A stretch of DNA of 64,000 nt from Lytechinus pictus (taxonomy: Eukaryota): contig NC_087251.1 of the NCBI RefSeq assembly GCF_037042905.1, forward strand, positions 9,240,001-9,304,000, written 5' to 3'. The notes under the pieces were generated by a model. That model saw only the letters and a program-made list of their open reading frames with translations. It had not been told where the DNA came from and made no database searches. The position numbers and the translations under genes were made by a program. This document shows positions 1-13,261 of this stretch, one piece after another (position 1 is the stretch's first letter; each line of letters begins with the position of its first letter).

Positions 1-166
1 AAGGATGGGTAACTGGGTATCTTCCTCCATTAATGTTAATAATGCGAGCAGAAGTTTTTTGATATCCTGATCTGAAACTGCAAAATTCAAGCACGTTATG
101 AATATAGAATAAGCTGCGTATCTCAATAAACTTGCGTGCGCGTTTTTTTTTTAGATTTAGACCTAG

Positions 167-425
167 ATTTGAAACAGAGGGTCGTGGGTTCGAATCCCAG
201 CCATGGCGTAATTTCCTTCGGCAAGAAACTGATCCACAATGTGCTGCACTCAACCCAGGTGAGGTAAATGGGTACCGGTAGGAAGTAATTCCTTAAAAAG
301 CTGTGTGCGCTATGAACGCCTAGCTTTGCCGGGTAATATAGGAGCGCCTTGAGCACCTAACAAGGTGGACATGTGCGCAATATAAATACCCTATATTATT
401 ATATATATTATATTATTATCATTAT
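167..425 (+). mobile_element. tRNA-derived SINE, 5'-truncated, with L2-type tail
   Basis: B-box GGTTCGAATCC at 187-197, core ...ctcaacccaggtgaggtaaatgggtacc, tail gcgccttgagcacc...gcgcaatataaat + (tat)n. The same tail recurs at 33856-33894. Confidence 0.8.
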
Positions 426-799
426 TAGATTTTAGGCATTTTAAATACATGTTTTGATCATTTCATTTATGTACTGTTTTCCGTTTCACAATGTTGTATA
501 TGATATAATAAACATAGCATAAAAATAAAGAATATAACAAAACAAAAAATCATATGAAACATAATTAGGCCTATATATTTGATAAACACAGTTAATAACA
601 TTAAGCTGCCTTAAATGAGTTTTTTTTAGAGTAAAACGGAGGGAGCTTGCCGAAAAAAAACAAAGCTTGAATGAGAGTCCAGCACCTAAGCTTAGTTTCA
701 TTACCTTATTTCACACACATGCATAAATATAACTTCGTAACAATAATGATAATAGGAATAGTAATAATTATCGATGTACACTTTGCAAAACAATCATAA

Positions 800-1357
800 C
801 TGAAAATATAAAGCGAGAGGGAAGCGCGAGCTAAAAATACTTGATATTCCAGTCAGAAAAGGGGTAAATTTAAGCACTTTTTCAAGCACTATGTATGAAA
901 ATTGTGAAGTAGATGTGGATGCGAGCGCGAAGCGCGAGCGAAAATTCTAGCCAATATAGTACATGGTACATGGTGATTTTTTACCCGATTGCTAAGAAAG
1001 CATGAATGCTTGTAAGCAAGCAACAAGAGGAACCACTGCTTAAGGTCCTCTCCGAGGGACCTGGTAGGTGTAATGACTATTTAAATGCCTTACCAAAGGG
1101 CACTAACGCACCCCGGGTCACCGGAATCAGAAACCCCCGCTCTACTGACTGAGCTATCGCGCCTCCTTGTGACATGAAACATTTACAAAAAATATTTTTC
1201 AAGTCTTATTTCATTCACTCGTCTGTCTCCTCTTATTCTTCCTCTTAATTCTTTTTTCCTCCTCTCTTTCCCCTTCTTTTCCTTTTTCTTTCTTTCTCCC
1301 CCTTTTTTCATGCGCCAGTAAGGAGAGGGGGACGGGCCTTTCCCTGGATCCGCCTAT
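800..1357. mobile_element. Partial relative of the 46088-47159 element, interrupted by a SINE
   Basis: gcgagcgcgaagcgcgagc at about 921-939 and a related motif at about 813-831; terminus cctggatccgcctatg at about 1343-1358. Confidence 0.6.
975..1166 (-). mobile_element. tRNA-derived SINE with the B-box region deleted
   Basis: The minus strand begins GGAGGCGCGATAGCTCAGTCAGTAGAGCG (tRNA D-arm/A-box). No intact T-arm, so it is not a tRNA gene. 3' end approximate. Confidence 0.65.
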
Positions 1358-1519
1358 GCCCTGTCGGCGGATGGAAGAGGGTTTTTTTCACGCGAGCTGA
1401 TATGAACCACAAATCAGGAGTAGTATACTACAACAAGTCGGTAATGATACATAGAGTCACTGTCGGGGCCTCGTGCCAGTAGACCATTATGGTTATAAGA
1501 TGAAATGAATATGCCTATA

Positions 1520-1840
1520 TTGGACGAAATGATGACTGGACGAGATGATGATTGGACCTATTGGTGATTGGACAAAATAATGGCAATGATATATACCAAC
1601 ATAATGATTATTAGCCGAAATGGGTTTAGACAAAGTGTAGTGGACCAACTGCAGTTAGACCAAATGGAACATGGACGAAATGAAAGTAGACCAATTGGCT
1701 ATTAGACCAAAAGGTAATAGACGTAATGAAATTGGACAAAATGGTTATTGGACTATGTTGATAGTTGACTAACTAATGGTAGACGAAATGATATTAGGCC
1801 ATGTGATAGTGGGCAAAATGGCAGTAGACGAAATGGCAAT
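1520..1840. repeat. Degenerate 15-bp minisatellite (t(a/g)gac(c/g)aaatgnnan)
   Basis: GAC recurs about every 15 nt for roughly 20 units. Confidence 0.85.
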
Positions 1841-1962
1841 AAACTGATAAATATACATTCAAAGAGTAATCCTGATTTCCATATCACTTTCTCGTGTCTC
1901 AAAATACTTAGTGAAAGCATATGTTACATCTTATCTTTAACTCGAGTCCTGAAGAATATACC

Positions 1963-2150
1963 GCTGCGACAATATGCGTTGCGACGTGTGACGTTATGCG
2001 TTAGAAATTTGCTGCGACATTATGCGTTGCGACATGTGACGTTATGCGTTAGAAAAGTTACGACATTATGCGTTGGACGCTCTTGGCATAATGTCGCATC
2101 TGCGACATTATGCGTTGGTGTGACATTATGCGTTGCTGCGACATTATCGG
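1963..2150. repeat. Short tandem (gcgacattatgcgtt)n cluster
   Basis: Seven or more copies of acattatgcgtt/acgttatgcgtt. Confidence 0.8.
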
Positions 2151-2524
2151 TTTGTAACAGGCCTACTATAGGGTCTTCGAATCCTTCAATAACCATTTGC
2201 AAATAACCCTCAAATTTAGCTCGGACTCACTTGTCACACAGGGGATAGAGCAAGCCAGGGAAGGGTGACCATATGAAGATATGAGGTAATATGACTATCT
2301 CATCATCCATGAATAATCTCTTCTTTTAACGTACCTTCTCACGAAATATAATAAATGACAATAAAATCAAAACGCGCGTCTTACCAAAAATCAACAAAGT
2401 AGAATATGGATCAATAACATGATTGGAAGTGTTGCATAGCGTCTAAGAGCAAATTATGTGAGTAAAAAAATAGACACCTTACAAATCCCTAATTTAAGGA
2501 AATAACACGTCATGAACGCATGAT

Positions 2525-3003
2525 CATATATGGCTGTAAAGAGTATCTCCTCCCAAATAATTTGATACCATATTTTATAAATGTAGTATGTATTCACGCT
2601 TGCATGGATAATCAATAGGTTTTCTTTGCAGTGATGTAAGTTTTGATTTGCGCCAAAGTAAGTGACTGCAATGAATGAATCCAGATGTCAGTGATGCCAT
2701 AATCCTACACGAGTTAGTAAACACATTTGCGAATCCGTTTTCAATTAAATTTACTCGAAAATTGATACTAAAAAGTGTTTATTAAACAATATTAAAATGT
2801 AACTTATCAAAAATGTGTTTTGAAATGGATTTTAATGCAACCCTTGTAGGATTATATATTGATAGCTGGATTCATTCATTGCAGTCATGCTTTACTTTGG
2901 CGCAAATCAAAATTTATATCACTGCAAAAAATACCTCCTGATACCCCATAAATAATATGGTATCAAATTATTTGAGAGAACATACTCTTTCAGACCATAT
3001 ATA
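2525..3003. mobile_element. Long-arm foldback/MITE
   Basis: caaataatttgataccatatt...ttttgatttgcgccaaagtaa...tgactgcaatgaatgaatccag is mirrored at about 2866-3002. Confidence 0.75.
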
Positions 3004-4697
3004 CTAATTATATGTCAAAGACATATTTTTGACAATTTGTAAATGAAGGAATGTTGAACGTGAGTATTAAAGCGTCGATTCATTAATTGCCTATATTACT
3101 CCACACACCCTTCCCAACAGCATCATTGATTAATATTTATCATTCAAGTTTTTAAGAAGCTTTATTTGTTCATCTGAAAACGTATTGCTTTAATGAATTG
3201 CGATTTCTGTTACAGAATTCGTTTGTAAGGCCATTCAGAATTGCTTCTTGGATTTTTTATTTTCTCTCCACCCCCACCCCCTCCCCCTCTTTTCATTTCT
3301 CTTTATCCCCCCCCCCCCTCTCTCTCTCTCACTCTCTTATATAATTTGCTCGTGGTTGGCCACGTGCATGGATCGGCAACACGTGCTGTACGCCATCATC
3401 AACATGATTGTCATGATCACCATCAAGAGGTCCAATTGTTGAAGTGAATACATCCATCCTATAGAACGACTCCTTAAAGTGATAATCCCCGATTTCGAGA
3501 AGTCGTTAATCGATCCCTATTGTCTGATGTCATGAGATGTAATAATAGCCCTGATAGGGGGTCTATTGTGTGGCCGATTAGTACCCAGCATCGTCTTTTC
3601 CGATAATTTTACGTAAAGATTTCATAAAATGTTCCTCTCTGACATCTCGTTTTATAATTCGCCATCTGAACTTATTACGTCATTTTCAAAAGTATCTATT
3701 GCCCTATCTATTTTCGTTATTATTGCTTTTGAAGTTTCGAGTAAAACATCACAACCTTATGTAAGCTGGTCCTTCCTGAACTTAAAGTTCCATTGAATAT
3801 ATATATATATATTGGAGTATAGAAAATTAATGAACTGGTTGATTTATTGATTGATTTATTTATTTATTAATTAATTAAGAAATATGTGTGTTGTACAAGA
3901 ATCAATATTTATGTTCCCGATATGATATTTTTAATGCGAGCGCCGTTAACAACCAATCAACAACAACATTTTTAAATTTCTTTTCGATGCTTTTCCGATC
4001 GAGAAAATTAAAATTCTTTAATTTTACATGTTCGAAAATGAATAATTCAGTATTTGTTTTTAAACATGTATTAATATAGAATTCCCACAATTATCCTTCC
4101 CTACTTTCCTAGGATAGAAGATTATTGAAAGGCCAATGTTGTCTGCTCACATGCATCAAATTTTCTGAATTGTATAATTTGCTTGTAGATTTATACATAT
4201 ACAATTTTTGTTACCGAATTGGAAATCTTTCAGATATTCAAAATTAAATGAATGAATGAACGAAATGGATCATTAATTCCATTGATGACTGAACCGAACT
4301 GTAATTGCATTTTCACCGGTAGTGGTTGGATTTTTAAGAGCTGTTTGCTTGGTATAAAACAAAATTACAAAGGATATCATGAATACAAACTCATTATAGA
4401 ATTAACGCACATATCTATTCAAATTCAATTGTTACATAAATCTATTTATGAGATTTTTGTGAATCTTCGATCTTTATAGGTTCGAGTTATGCAAGGCTGC
4501 ACCAGTGGATATAGTGTTGTATAGAAATTCATTGAAACCGCATACGAGCGTCAGCCCGGGCTTTGTTTGATATGGATGCTTGTTATCAACAATATTGTTA
4601 AATTAAATTGAATCGAACAAACCATTAGATTTTATGAAAAATATGCTCACAGCAAATCAACTGAATACCAACAATGCTTGTAACGTTAGGACCTTCT

Positions 4698-4886
4698 TCT
4701 ACTACTACTACTACTACTAATACTACTACTAATACTACTACCACTACTACTGCTGCTGCTGTTACTACTACTACTGCTACTACTACTGCTGCTGCTGCTA
4801 CTACTACTAATACTACTGTGACTACTACTACTACTACTACTGCTGCTGCTGCTACTACTACTTCTACTACTTCTACTACTGCTACT
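4698..4886. repeat. (CTA/CTG)n microsatellite
   Basis: Direct inspection. Confidence 0.95.
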
Positions 4887-5777
4887 TAAATCTGTGAGGT
4901 ACAGAACATATTGGAAAACTTTCTATGAAGTTGCTTTTGAGCGAAAGTGTTGACCCTTATAAACGTGAAAATCAAATTTTGTGATACAGATTTTGGCATA
5001 GTATTTAGATTTTCGAAGTAACATCATATTTCATCGTTTTCGCTTGCTCTTCTCCCCTTTTGCTTGGTCGAGGAACCTGTTTAGTATTTATTTATTTTTT
5101 TAATATCTATAGTAGATGTTTGGATCATATTTAATGGTTTCATTTTTTTTCAATTCTTTCATCATCTTAATATTATTAAGTTTTCGGGGAAGGGGGCACA
5201 TGGGCCCACTCAAACATCATCATCATTTGGCGGGTTATCTGGGACACGCCCCCAACCCCCCCCCCCCCCACGAACAAACACGCACACATAGATATTCGAA
5301 AAATGACCCCATGATTTACAAGAAAAGACGGGTGACGACCAGGAAAGAAGAGAAGCAGGAAAGAAAATAAGAGGAGAATGTATTTATTTTCTCTTTCTAC
5401 ATTTCTGTTTTCTCTCTTCTTTCTTCTCTCATCCCATTAGTTGTTTTTGGGGGTTGATCTTTCTTCTCTCTCTGTTTTCCATGTACGTTTATCCCAACGG
5501 TGGTGTAATCTTAAAAAAAAATGATTTACAAAGAATGCACTCGCAGCGCTAGCTGGCATCGTTTCCAAACCATGTTAACCATTGCCGATATTATTGATTA
5601 CTACCTTTCTTCAAACTTATTTATTCTATGAGCGAGATGCCTAAATATCCTTTTTCTTTTTAATCATGCAGTGTCTTTGAATAACATCAAGGAGTTTTAA
5701 GATATGGAGAACCATCAAACACTTTTTCTTTATAGCCACTTTGATGCCGCAATGATATAAGTTACTAATGTGTTTAA

Positions 5778-5949
5778 CAGGGGCCGCGGAAGCGGGGGGG
5801 GGCTGGGGGGGGGGGGGGGGGGGGCTTCAGCCCCCCTACTTTTTTCCAAAACCGTGTACAAAAACGTAAAAATGACCATATGATTGTGATTTTTTGCATG
5901 GTCAGCCCCCCCCCCCCCCCCCACTTTGAAATCCGTTCCGCGGCCCCTG
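5778..5949. mobile_element. Short MITE with CAGGGG termini and 5-bp TSD (TTTAA)
   Basis: tttaa|caggggccgcggaa...ttccgcggcccctg|tttaa with internal poly-G/poly-C tracts. Confidence 0.85.
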
Positions 5950-7022
5950 TTTAATTGCATATTTCTTGCAGATTGTAAACAACAGATTCTTGCCTAACTA
6001 CATACAGGCGAATTACAAGAGGAAGCATGCTTTTGTAATGATAATCATACTTTACGATGCCTCTGGTTAGATCATAATGAGCAGACACATTGCTCACTTT
6101 TACAGGGGACAGCATAGTGCAATATTTCTTGAAATATGATTTGAAATTACTCGACTGACCGCATTTCTGACACATAGCATCAGAAATTTATGTATTCTAA
6201 CAAACTAATCATAATATCTTTATAGTTTGGAAGTTTGTAGGATTTTGTAAAATGTTGATTTAAAAAATGTCATATTATTAGGTTTTATCACATTTAAAAA
6301 CTGATTATCATTAAATATTTCGCCCAATTTTATGACACATTATGCATATTTCGACTCATATTGTGTTCAATATCTGTTTTGTGCTCAAATAAAAATGGGT
6401 ATATCACAATTGCCTATTTTCAATACAAATCACTTTTCAGTTTGACCATGAAACTGGCGGCATCATAAGTCGCCACCAAAGGCTACAGTGCACATGTGTA
6501 TTCTTTTGTATTTCTTTAGAAATTGGAAGCTATTTGCATGTCGTTGTCTCTCCATTCTTTTTACCTCCATGATATCATTTATTTCTTCACGAACTACATA
6601 GGCCTACAATATATATGAAATGAAGTTTGTCTTTGTCATTCACTTCGCTCGTTTAAACAAAATGGGTTCGGATGGCAGGCAATCTTACCAAACGGTGTCA
6701 CTTTTTGGCATGTGATATAAAATGTTTAATTTCGACTTCTAAGTCATAGGTCATTTGCGTATTAGTGAATGTCAAACGCAATCACATGATATTTGTGGTT
6801 GTCAATTTTTTTCGGCACCATGCCAAAAACGTGTTCGACCCTCTTCTGATTTTACGCCTCGGTGATCCAGGCATAGACAACATGTGGAAGAAGACACTGT
6901 ACTGCTCATTTCAATACTGAGTCTTGTCGAGTGAACACGTCAATAAAATCTACTCGTAAAATCCAAATTATATACTTTTATTCCTATTAGTCTCTGTCAA
7001 GTTTACTGACAGGTTGAGGACA

Positions 7023-8168
7023 ATGAGAGTCGTGCAGAACAAGGAATTACCTTTCTTTGGGAAAATGATCAAGAATAACGGAGAAGACTTTTTGAAAGGT
7101 GATAAATCTGGAGAGATAACTCTCGTCAAACCTACGGTGGTGAAACCGGCGGCCGTGCCTGAAATTTCTTTTAGCTTGTTCGCCAGTCCCGAAGCGCAGA
7201 AGGCCCTCAAGTTCGTTAATGGCGAGGAAAACGAAGAAGAGAACAGAAATGAAGATGACAGTAGTGAAAAAGAGGTTGAGAATGCGAAGGAAGTTGAAAC
7301 AAAATCGAAAGAGGGTGAAGAGGGCATAAAGAGCACGTACAGATGGAGAGTGGTTGCAAGAACTGTTTCTGCTTGTCCTCGAGCCGGTACAAAGACACAA
7401 CCAAATACAAACAAGAAATCGACAAGTCCTTGTAGATCTGTGAAAACAGCGGAAGAGGTTGCTCCAAGAATGGGAAGGAGAGCAAGCCTTGCTCCAGATC
7501 ACCGATGTTTAAGTCCCACACCACCAAAGTTTAACCGATCACGGAGAATGTCACTCTCCCCAAGCCGCCATCCACTCCTTCCTAACAGACCCATCTCCCC
7601 TACTCCTCTGGCCAATATTGGAAAGACTTCTTCAGATTCCAACTTAGAGATGACAAATAGAACATCATCCCAAGAAATAAAAATTGAATCGGAGACCTCT
7701 CCACCTAGGGATAAGCCCGATGTAACTGGTGGAAACCCGGCAATTGCCCGTGCTATATCTAGACGTCGTTTTTCTTTACCAATAACTCCCAGTTCACAAT
7801 CTATGATTCCCCATCCTCCATCGCCATCTCCACGAAGAAGCTTTCCTCCACCCAATTCATCTGACCCATCTTCACCTACGCCGAGTAGAGGCAACAGGAA
7901 AACATCAGTGACAAATACTCTACAAGCCAATCGACATAAACTTGAAGCTCTGATGAAAGAACGATCAAGGGCCATCGCCAACTTAACAATCGGTGGGAGC
8001 AGAGAAAGCATCCCATCACCATCATCAGTAAAGTCAAAGCAAGATAGCCCGGTGATGTCCCCTGCACCTATCAGAGCGAATCATAAATTGCTTCGGCCAT
8101 CGCTATCTAGAAGATCATCGATTACGTCAGAAACAGAGTCAGATGCATCACACACAGATTCATTTGAG
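7023..8168 (+). CDS. Exon A of the uncharacterised S/P/R-rich gene
   Basis: Open frame of more than 1.1 kb; first ATG at 7023; composition shifts to AT-rich and microsatellite sequence right after the GT donor at 8169. Confidence 0.82.
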
Positions 8169-11100
8169 GTAAATATGAATACATCTATTTATGTGAAAGT
8201 AGAGTTAAGATTGGTCTCACAGGTACATGTATATATGCTGTGCAAAATTATTCTAAAAACCTGTTACCTCCAGAAGAAGAAGGAGAAAAAGAAGAGGAGG
8301 AGGAGGAGGAAGAAGAAAAAAAAGAGGGGGAGGAGGAGGAAGAAGAAGAGGCGGAGGAGGAAGAAGAAAAAAAATGAGGAGGAGAAGAAGAGGAAGAAGA
8401 AGAGGAGGAGGAGGAGGAAGAAGAAGAAAATTATTAGATTTTCTATTAATTTTACACTTTAACTACATGTGATCAGAATTATGAATGTCATAAAGTATTA
8501 AAGGGGTCTTTTATAACGTATAACAGTGAGCATAAAAAGAATCACATGATCAGTACATTGTTTACGTAAAAATACTTTACACGGTTTTTTTTATGCAAGA
8601 AACATTTACATATATTTTTAAAAACAATTTGTTAATTGTAGGGTATACATGTATGTAAATATGTATTCATTCATATTCATGCGAATAATAGACGCAGTGG
8701 AATTAAACTTCCTAAAAGTGAAAATTTAAATTCTTGGAAAAGGAATTTTCTAACTTGTTAGGCCCTGTAGTTTACCATCGGCAATAAAATAAATAAATAG
8801 ATAAATAAATAAATAAATAATCTGCTCTGGAGAATATAGTGCTAAATATTCCGATTTTAAGTCAGTCAAATAATCATTCTACCGTCTAGGTTAATATTCA
8901 TATTTAATGTTTAGCTTTGCTATGAGTTATGATTCTGATTGATTTTAGAAAATTTCGTTCAGATCAAAACAAAATATGAGAGAATTTTTAAATTGCCAAT
9001 ATACTTTGTTTTCTTCCCGGCAATCTTCTTCACTGCAACATTTACACGTCTCTATTTCATTGATAAAATTATTCTGTTTAATGTGTTTTGTGCGGCTCTC
9101 TCATCATTCATTATGCATGATTACATACAACACTCATGTAATCTGTATGTAATTATAAAGTCCATGTGACTGAAAAGTAAGTTTAAATGTGAGCAGAATG
9201 AATTTCTACAGTGTGGATGAAAAATCAAATCGAATTAATTGAATTCAATTTAATTTTACTTTGAAGAAAAGTATAAGACATTTGTTCATAAGTTCCTTAA
9301 CATGATTAATTCAAATTCAATCCAATTCTGTTCAATTATACACAATGTGGAAATTCGTTTTTGCTAATGTTTTAAAATAAACATTTGTTTTTATCTAAAT
9401 TACATAGATTATATTAGACTGTACGCAATAATACAAAATGACATAAAGACAGTGACAAAGTAGATTATCCAGGATAACTCTATCAATAAAATATAGACTA
9501 TTAAATGTAAATGATTGCCGGGTAGAACAGAAATATGAGTAAGATTAGAATTATGTAATGATATATTAGGCTAAAATGTTCATTGTAATTCCAAAAGTGA
9601 AAACTGAGACATCTTTTAAGAAGGTTTTGAAATTTCTACGTCATGAAACTTGGATATTATTTTTGAAAGATGTAGAAAAAGTTGATTTAAATTGCAAGGT
9701 TAGCTGCTTTAATATCCTGCGCAGGAAAGTTCTTTAGTAAATTTATAATGATGAATATAAAATATCACAGTCATTTTTTTATTCTTATTGCATAAAGGAT
9801 GTACTTATAGTGATAGTCTGTGCCACTTTGAAATAAATAGAGATTTTCGTGCATTCGTTTTATAGTGTTTAGTGGACAACGAGTTCATATTTTCAAGTTT
9901 CTATCCGAAGTTAATCACATTGGTATTTCACGCCCTAAACTAACGACTGTTCATTTTTAACATATGCTTTTGTTGTTAACTCCAACATGCATTCGTACAA
10001 TATACACGTCAGAGAAATCTTATCCATCAACCATTTGCAAGAACAAAAACTGCTTTGAATTCATTTCTGATAGCTTGTGTCAAAGAATGGAATAGATTAC
10101 CGCAAAGCATAAGATCCAGTCCAACACTGCCAATATTCAAAAAAGCATGTCGACAATTCTTATTTGAGAGCTTGCAAAATGTCTTAAATTAATCTTTTGT
10201 TTACTTTCTAGTTTATCATTGTAAATATATTTGTATTATTTTTTTTTGTATGTTTGTTTTTATCATCAATATTTTCGCTACAATGTTTTATCATTTTATA
10301 TCTTATCTTATATTTTTTCTTTTGTCTGTATGTTTGTTTTATCATCAATATTTTGCTATAATATTTTTTATATATCTTCCTCTGTTTTTTTATGTTCTTA
10401 TATCAATTTCATAAAGGGGCCCCTTTCACAAGCTCTGCTTCTATGGGGTCCCAAACCTTTCATGTTATATTCTCTTTGCCAACCTTTGTACTAAATATTT
10501 TTTTATATCACTTGATTGGTTTGAATAAACTTATATCACTTATATCACATCTGTTTTGCCTAACTACACTAGCCATCCCCCCCCCCCCCCCTTACGGGTT
10601 TGGTTTCGTTGGCGACTTAACAAGCATTAAAAAGTACAATAAAACTTATTTTCTTCGGTCTTTAAATCGGTTACCTTTCATTGTCTAGTATCCTCAATAA
10701 AGAAAACGTTTAACTCACTCGCACGTTGGAAGGGAAGAGGATTATAGTTCTGAAATGACAGCGATGATCGAACAATCACATTTTCCATGAAAGTACATTG
10801 GCAATGACTACAACAATTAGGGACCTTCAGCTATTGTGAAGTGTTGTTTGTAAGGGAATAAGACGGACCTCGTGGGTGGGTTTCAATGTTAAAACGCACT
10901 CTGCTCGTAAAACGCTTGGCTAATGACGTTATCACTTGTACAGAATAACATTAATTCATAATAATCATAAACATCATAATGTTCAGTCATCTATGCAGAA
11001 GGGCTGATGAAGAATTAAGGTCCATAAAATTAACGAGCATGTCTGAAAGCCAGGACTTCTTTCGCTTTATTCCAGAGGTATAAAGATGTGTGCCATAAAA

Positions 11101-12269
11101 AAAGACGAACCATGAAATTATAATTCAAATTGAGTAGTTTCATTAATTTCATTGCTATATTCTTTAATGGTAATCTGGTGTTGACTTTGTAGGCATGGTA
11201 ATTATATAATGATACCATGTCTTTCTCAATGTTTGATTAATCTTGGTTAACGCGATGGAAATATCTCTCATTGATTAGAGAAGAAAATTGATTACTTCAG
11301 TCATTTATTGTGATGGGGTCATTCAATCCATCCGTAGAAAACAAAAATCAATAATTGCAATCCTTACCCTTCTTGGTATACAACAATAGATCAACTGGAC
11401 TGTTGTGTCGATAATGGAGCTCCAACGAGGTCCGAAAAATTCAAAGGTGTGTTGAACAATACTGACAATAACTGTTTTCGTTTGGTTTTGATTTTTTTTT
11501 AATCCAGACAATAAGTTTATTAGACGGTGGTGAAGCAGCCAACCTGGATGATATGATGGCAGATGTCATCGACATGGGATCGTCGCCACCCACTGACGTC
11601 ACGTCAAGGAAGAACGATTCACCCGCCTCTTTCTCTCCAAGAAATTTGACAGCGTCCCCTCTTCCTCCAAGAAATCTGACACAATCCCCTCATCGATTGG
11701 CTGGCGGACGCCCTATCTTTAAACGACGGGGCTTCAGCTCATTAGATTCGGGAATTTCATTCAGCGACACAGCGTCTGTCGCGTCCGAACGGGAGTCGAC
11801 GACATCGACCACCAACCCAGCTGAGGATGAGTTACCAAGGATGTCTCGATTACGTAATCGTCGGGGCACTATTTGCATGGGGTCGTTGAGTGCGTTGGTA
11901 GACTTAGAATCAAGACGTTCATCATCATCCAGTCCATGTCCTTCCCAAACGACCTCGAGCCAGCGATCAAATGATGAAATCGAAGAGGAAGTCGAAGATG
12001 AGATTCAGAAGAGGATCTTACAGAGAAAGAGTCAGTTGGTGATGCAGGCTGCACCAGGGAGCGTGACAGTATCATCCGCCGTGTCAAGGCTTGAAGCTCG
12101 GGCTATCTCAAAGACAACCAACGGAAGATTGAAGAAAATCATGGGTAATCTAACATTAGAAAGAACAACATCTGAACTATTGAGCATGAAAGCAGCCATG
12201 AACGCCGCAGCAAAGAGAATGCAGTTTGATAATAGCAAAAAATCAAAATCATTAGACAGCAGTGATTAA
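7023..12269 (+). CDS. Uncharacterised Ser/Pro/Arg-rich protein, two exons (7023-8168, 11508-12269), about 635 aa
   Basis: Two long ORFs with higher GC than their surroundings. Donor GAG|gtaaat at 8168 and acceptor ttttttttaatccag|ACA at 11507 are both phase 0 and join in frame (HTDSFE|TISLLDGG). Stop at 12267-12269; AATAAA at 12349 and 12356. A possible acceptor at 7011-7012 means upstream exons may exist. Confidence 0.8.
8271..8430. repeat. (AAG/AGG)n purine microsatellite in intron
   Basis: Direct inspection. Confidence 0.95.
9960..10548 (+). mobile_element. 3' fragment of an L2/CR1-group LINE inside the intron of the + strand gene
   Basis: Translates to ...FARTKTALNSF...KEWNRLPQSIRSSPTLPIFKK; 3' UTR stem-loop ggggcccc...ggggtccc, then AATAAA and (cttatatca)2. 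Confidence 0.7.
11508..12269 (+). CDS. Exon B (last coding exon) of the uncharacterised S/P/R-rich gene
   Basis: Polypyrimidine+CAG acceptor, open to TAA at 12269, polyA signals downstream. Confidence 0.82.
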   Translation, partial: TISLLDGGEAANLDDMMADVIDMGSSPPTDVTSRKNDSPASFSPRNLTASPLPPRNLTQSPHRLAGGRPIFKRRGFSSLDSGISFSDTASVASERESTTSTTNPAEDELPRMSRLRNRRGTICMGSLSALVDLESRRSSSSSPCPSQTTSSQRSNDEIEEEVEDEIQKRILQRKSQLVMQAAPGSVTVSSAVSRLEARAISKTTNGRLKKIMGNLTLERTTSELLSMKAAMNAAAKRMQFDNSKKSKSLDSSD

Positions 12270-12948
12270 ACACAAAGAAACAAAAATATGAATAGAGTAT
12301 GTTTATCGACTCTGATAATGATAGATTATGTGATAAATTATAAAATATAATAAAAAATAAATTTCAATCGTTGCTGATCTTATTAAATCGAGAGTAACAG
12401 GACGAAAAACGTAGACCCCAATCAATTGCACAAACAGAAAAAAGAGTGGACACTTTTATGTTCTTGCAAAATTTGTAAATATTTGCTCAATGCAAATTGT
12501 GAAAACTGGTTATTATCAAAGTAAAAAATTATTATCATAATGGATTGAGTTTGACTGATGAGATACAATCATGTAATTAGTCGTGAGCAACAAACGTATA
12601 TGTATCATAAACAAAATCCACTGTGAGCTGAAGTGATTCAAGGAATATTGCATTCTGAATATTTTACGAAGTTTTGTCGCAAACATGTAAATACGATGTA
12701 CCTATGTCATGTTTTCCATTTGACTTTCTTTCACAATGTAACTCCGATAATGGTTTGTTATACATGATACCCAAGAAAAACAGTGATGGAATGAAAATCG
12801 TCCCTCATCTTTTATTTAGAGCAGTTCCTGTACCTTATCCCTTATTACCATTGCCACTTTTCATTCCCCTTCCCTCCCTCTCCCTTCCCACCCCTCTCTC
12901 TCGAGACTACACACACACACCCACGCCCCCACACACGTACCCTCTATA

Positions 12949-13261
12949 TGGCCCATATCCTGAAGTCAGGTTTAACTTTAGACCATGGTCTAACTCTGTG
13001 CTAAAATTATGGGAAGCCAAAAGTGTCAACATTTTTATCAAGTTGTATGTTTCTTATGTTTACTGTGCTCTTTTCTGATTCATCGACGGTGAAGACAATC
13101 ATCTATTTGTTACTTAGACAATTATGAACGATTTGAGAGCCAAATGAGCTGAAAATATGATATCTCTACTGTTAGTGATTTATGTAACAATTGGCTATCC
13201 ATACTTAAACCACAACTTCAAACCTGAGTTTAAGTTAAACCCGACTTCAGAATACGGGCCA
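12949..13261. mobile_element. MITE (TA-flanked)
   Basis: tggcccatatcctgaagtcaggtttaactt / aagttaaacccgacttcagaatacgggcca terminal inverted repeats. Confidence 0.8.

Noticed and set aside
167..1166. tRNA genes suggested by B-box (187-197) and A-box (about 1140-1160) motifs
   Set aside because: Neither forms a full cloverleaf; both continue into SINE body sequence.
4674..4889. Thr/Ala-rich mucin-like ORF (also the poly-Y/L/T ORFs at 34818-35204 and 50532-50858)
   Set aside because: These are trinucleotide microsatellites with no splice context.
6968..8067. Antisense ORFs overlapping exon A (and those over exon B and the intact LINE)
   Set aside because: Shadow ORFs of real coding sequence with no recognisable motifs.
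8169..8462. Poly-Lys/Arg protamine-like C-terminus of ORF 7014..8462
   Set aside because: It lies after a good splice donor at 8168 and is an (AAG/AGG)n microsatellite read through by chance.
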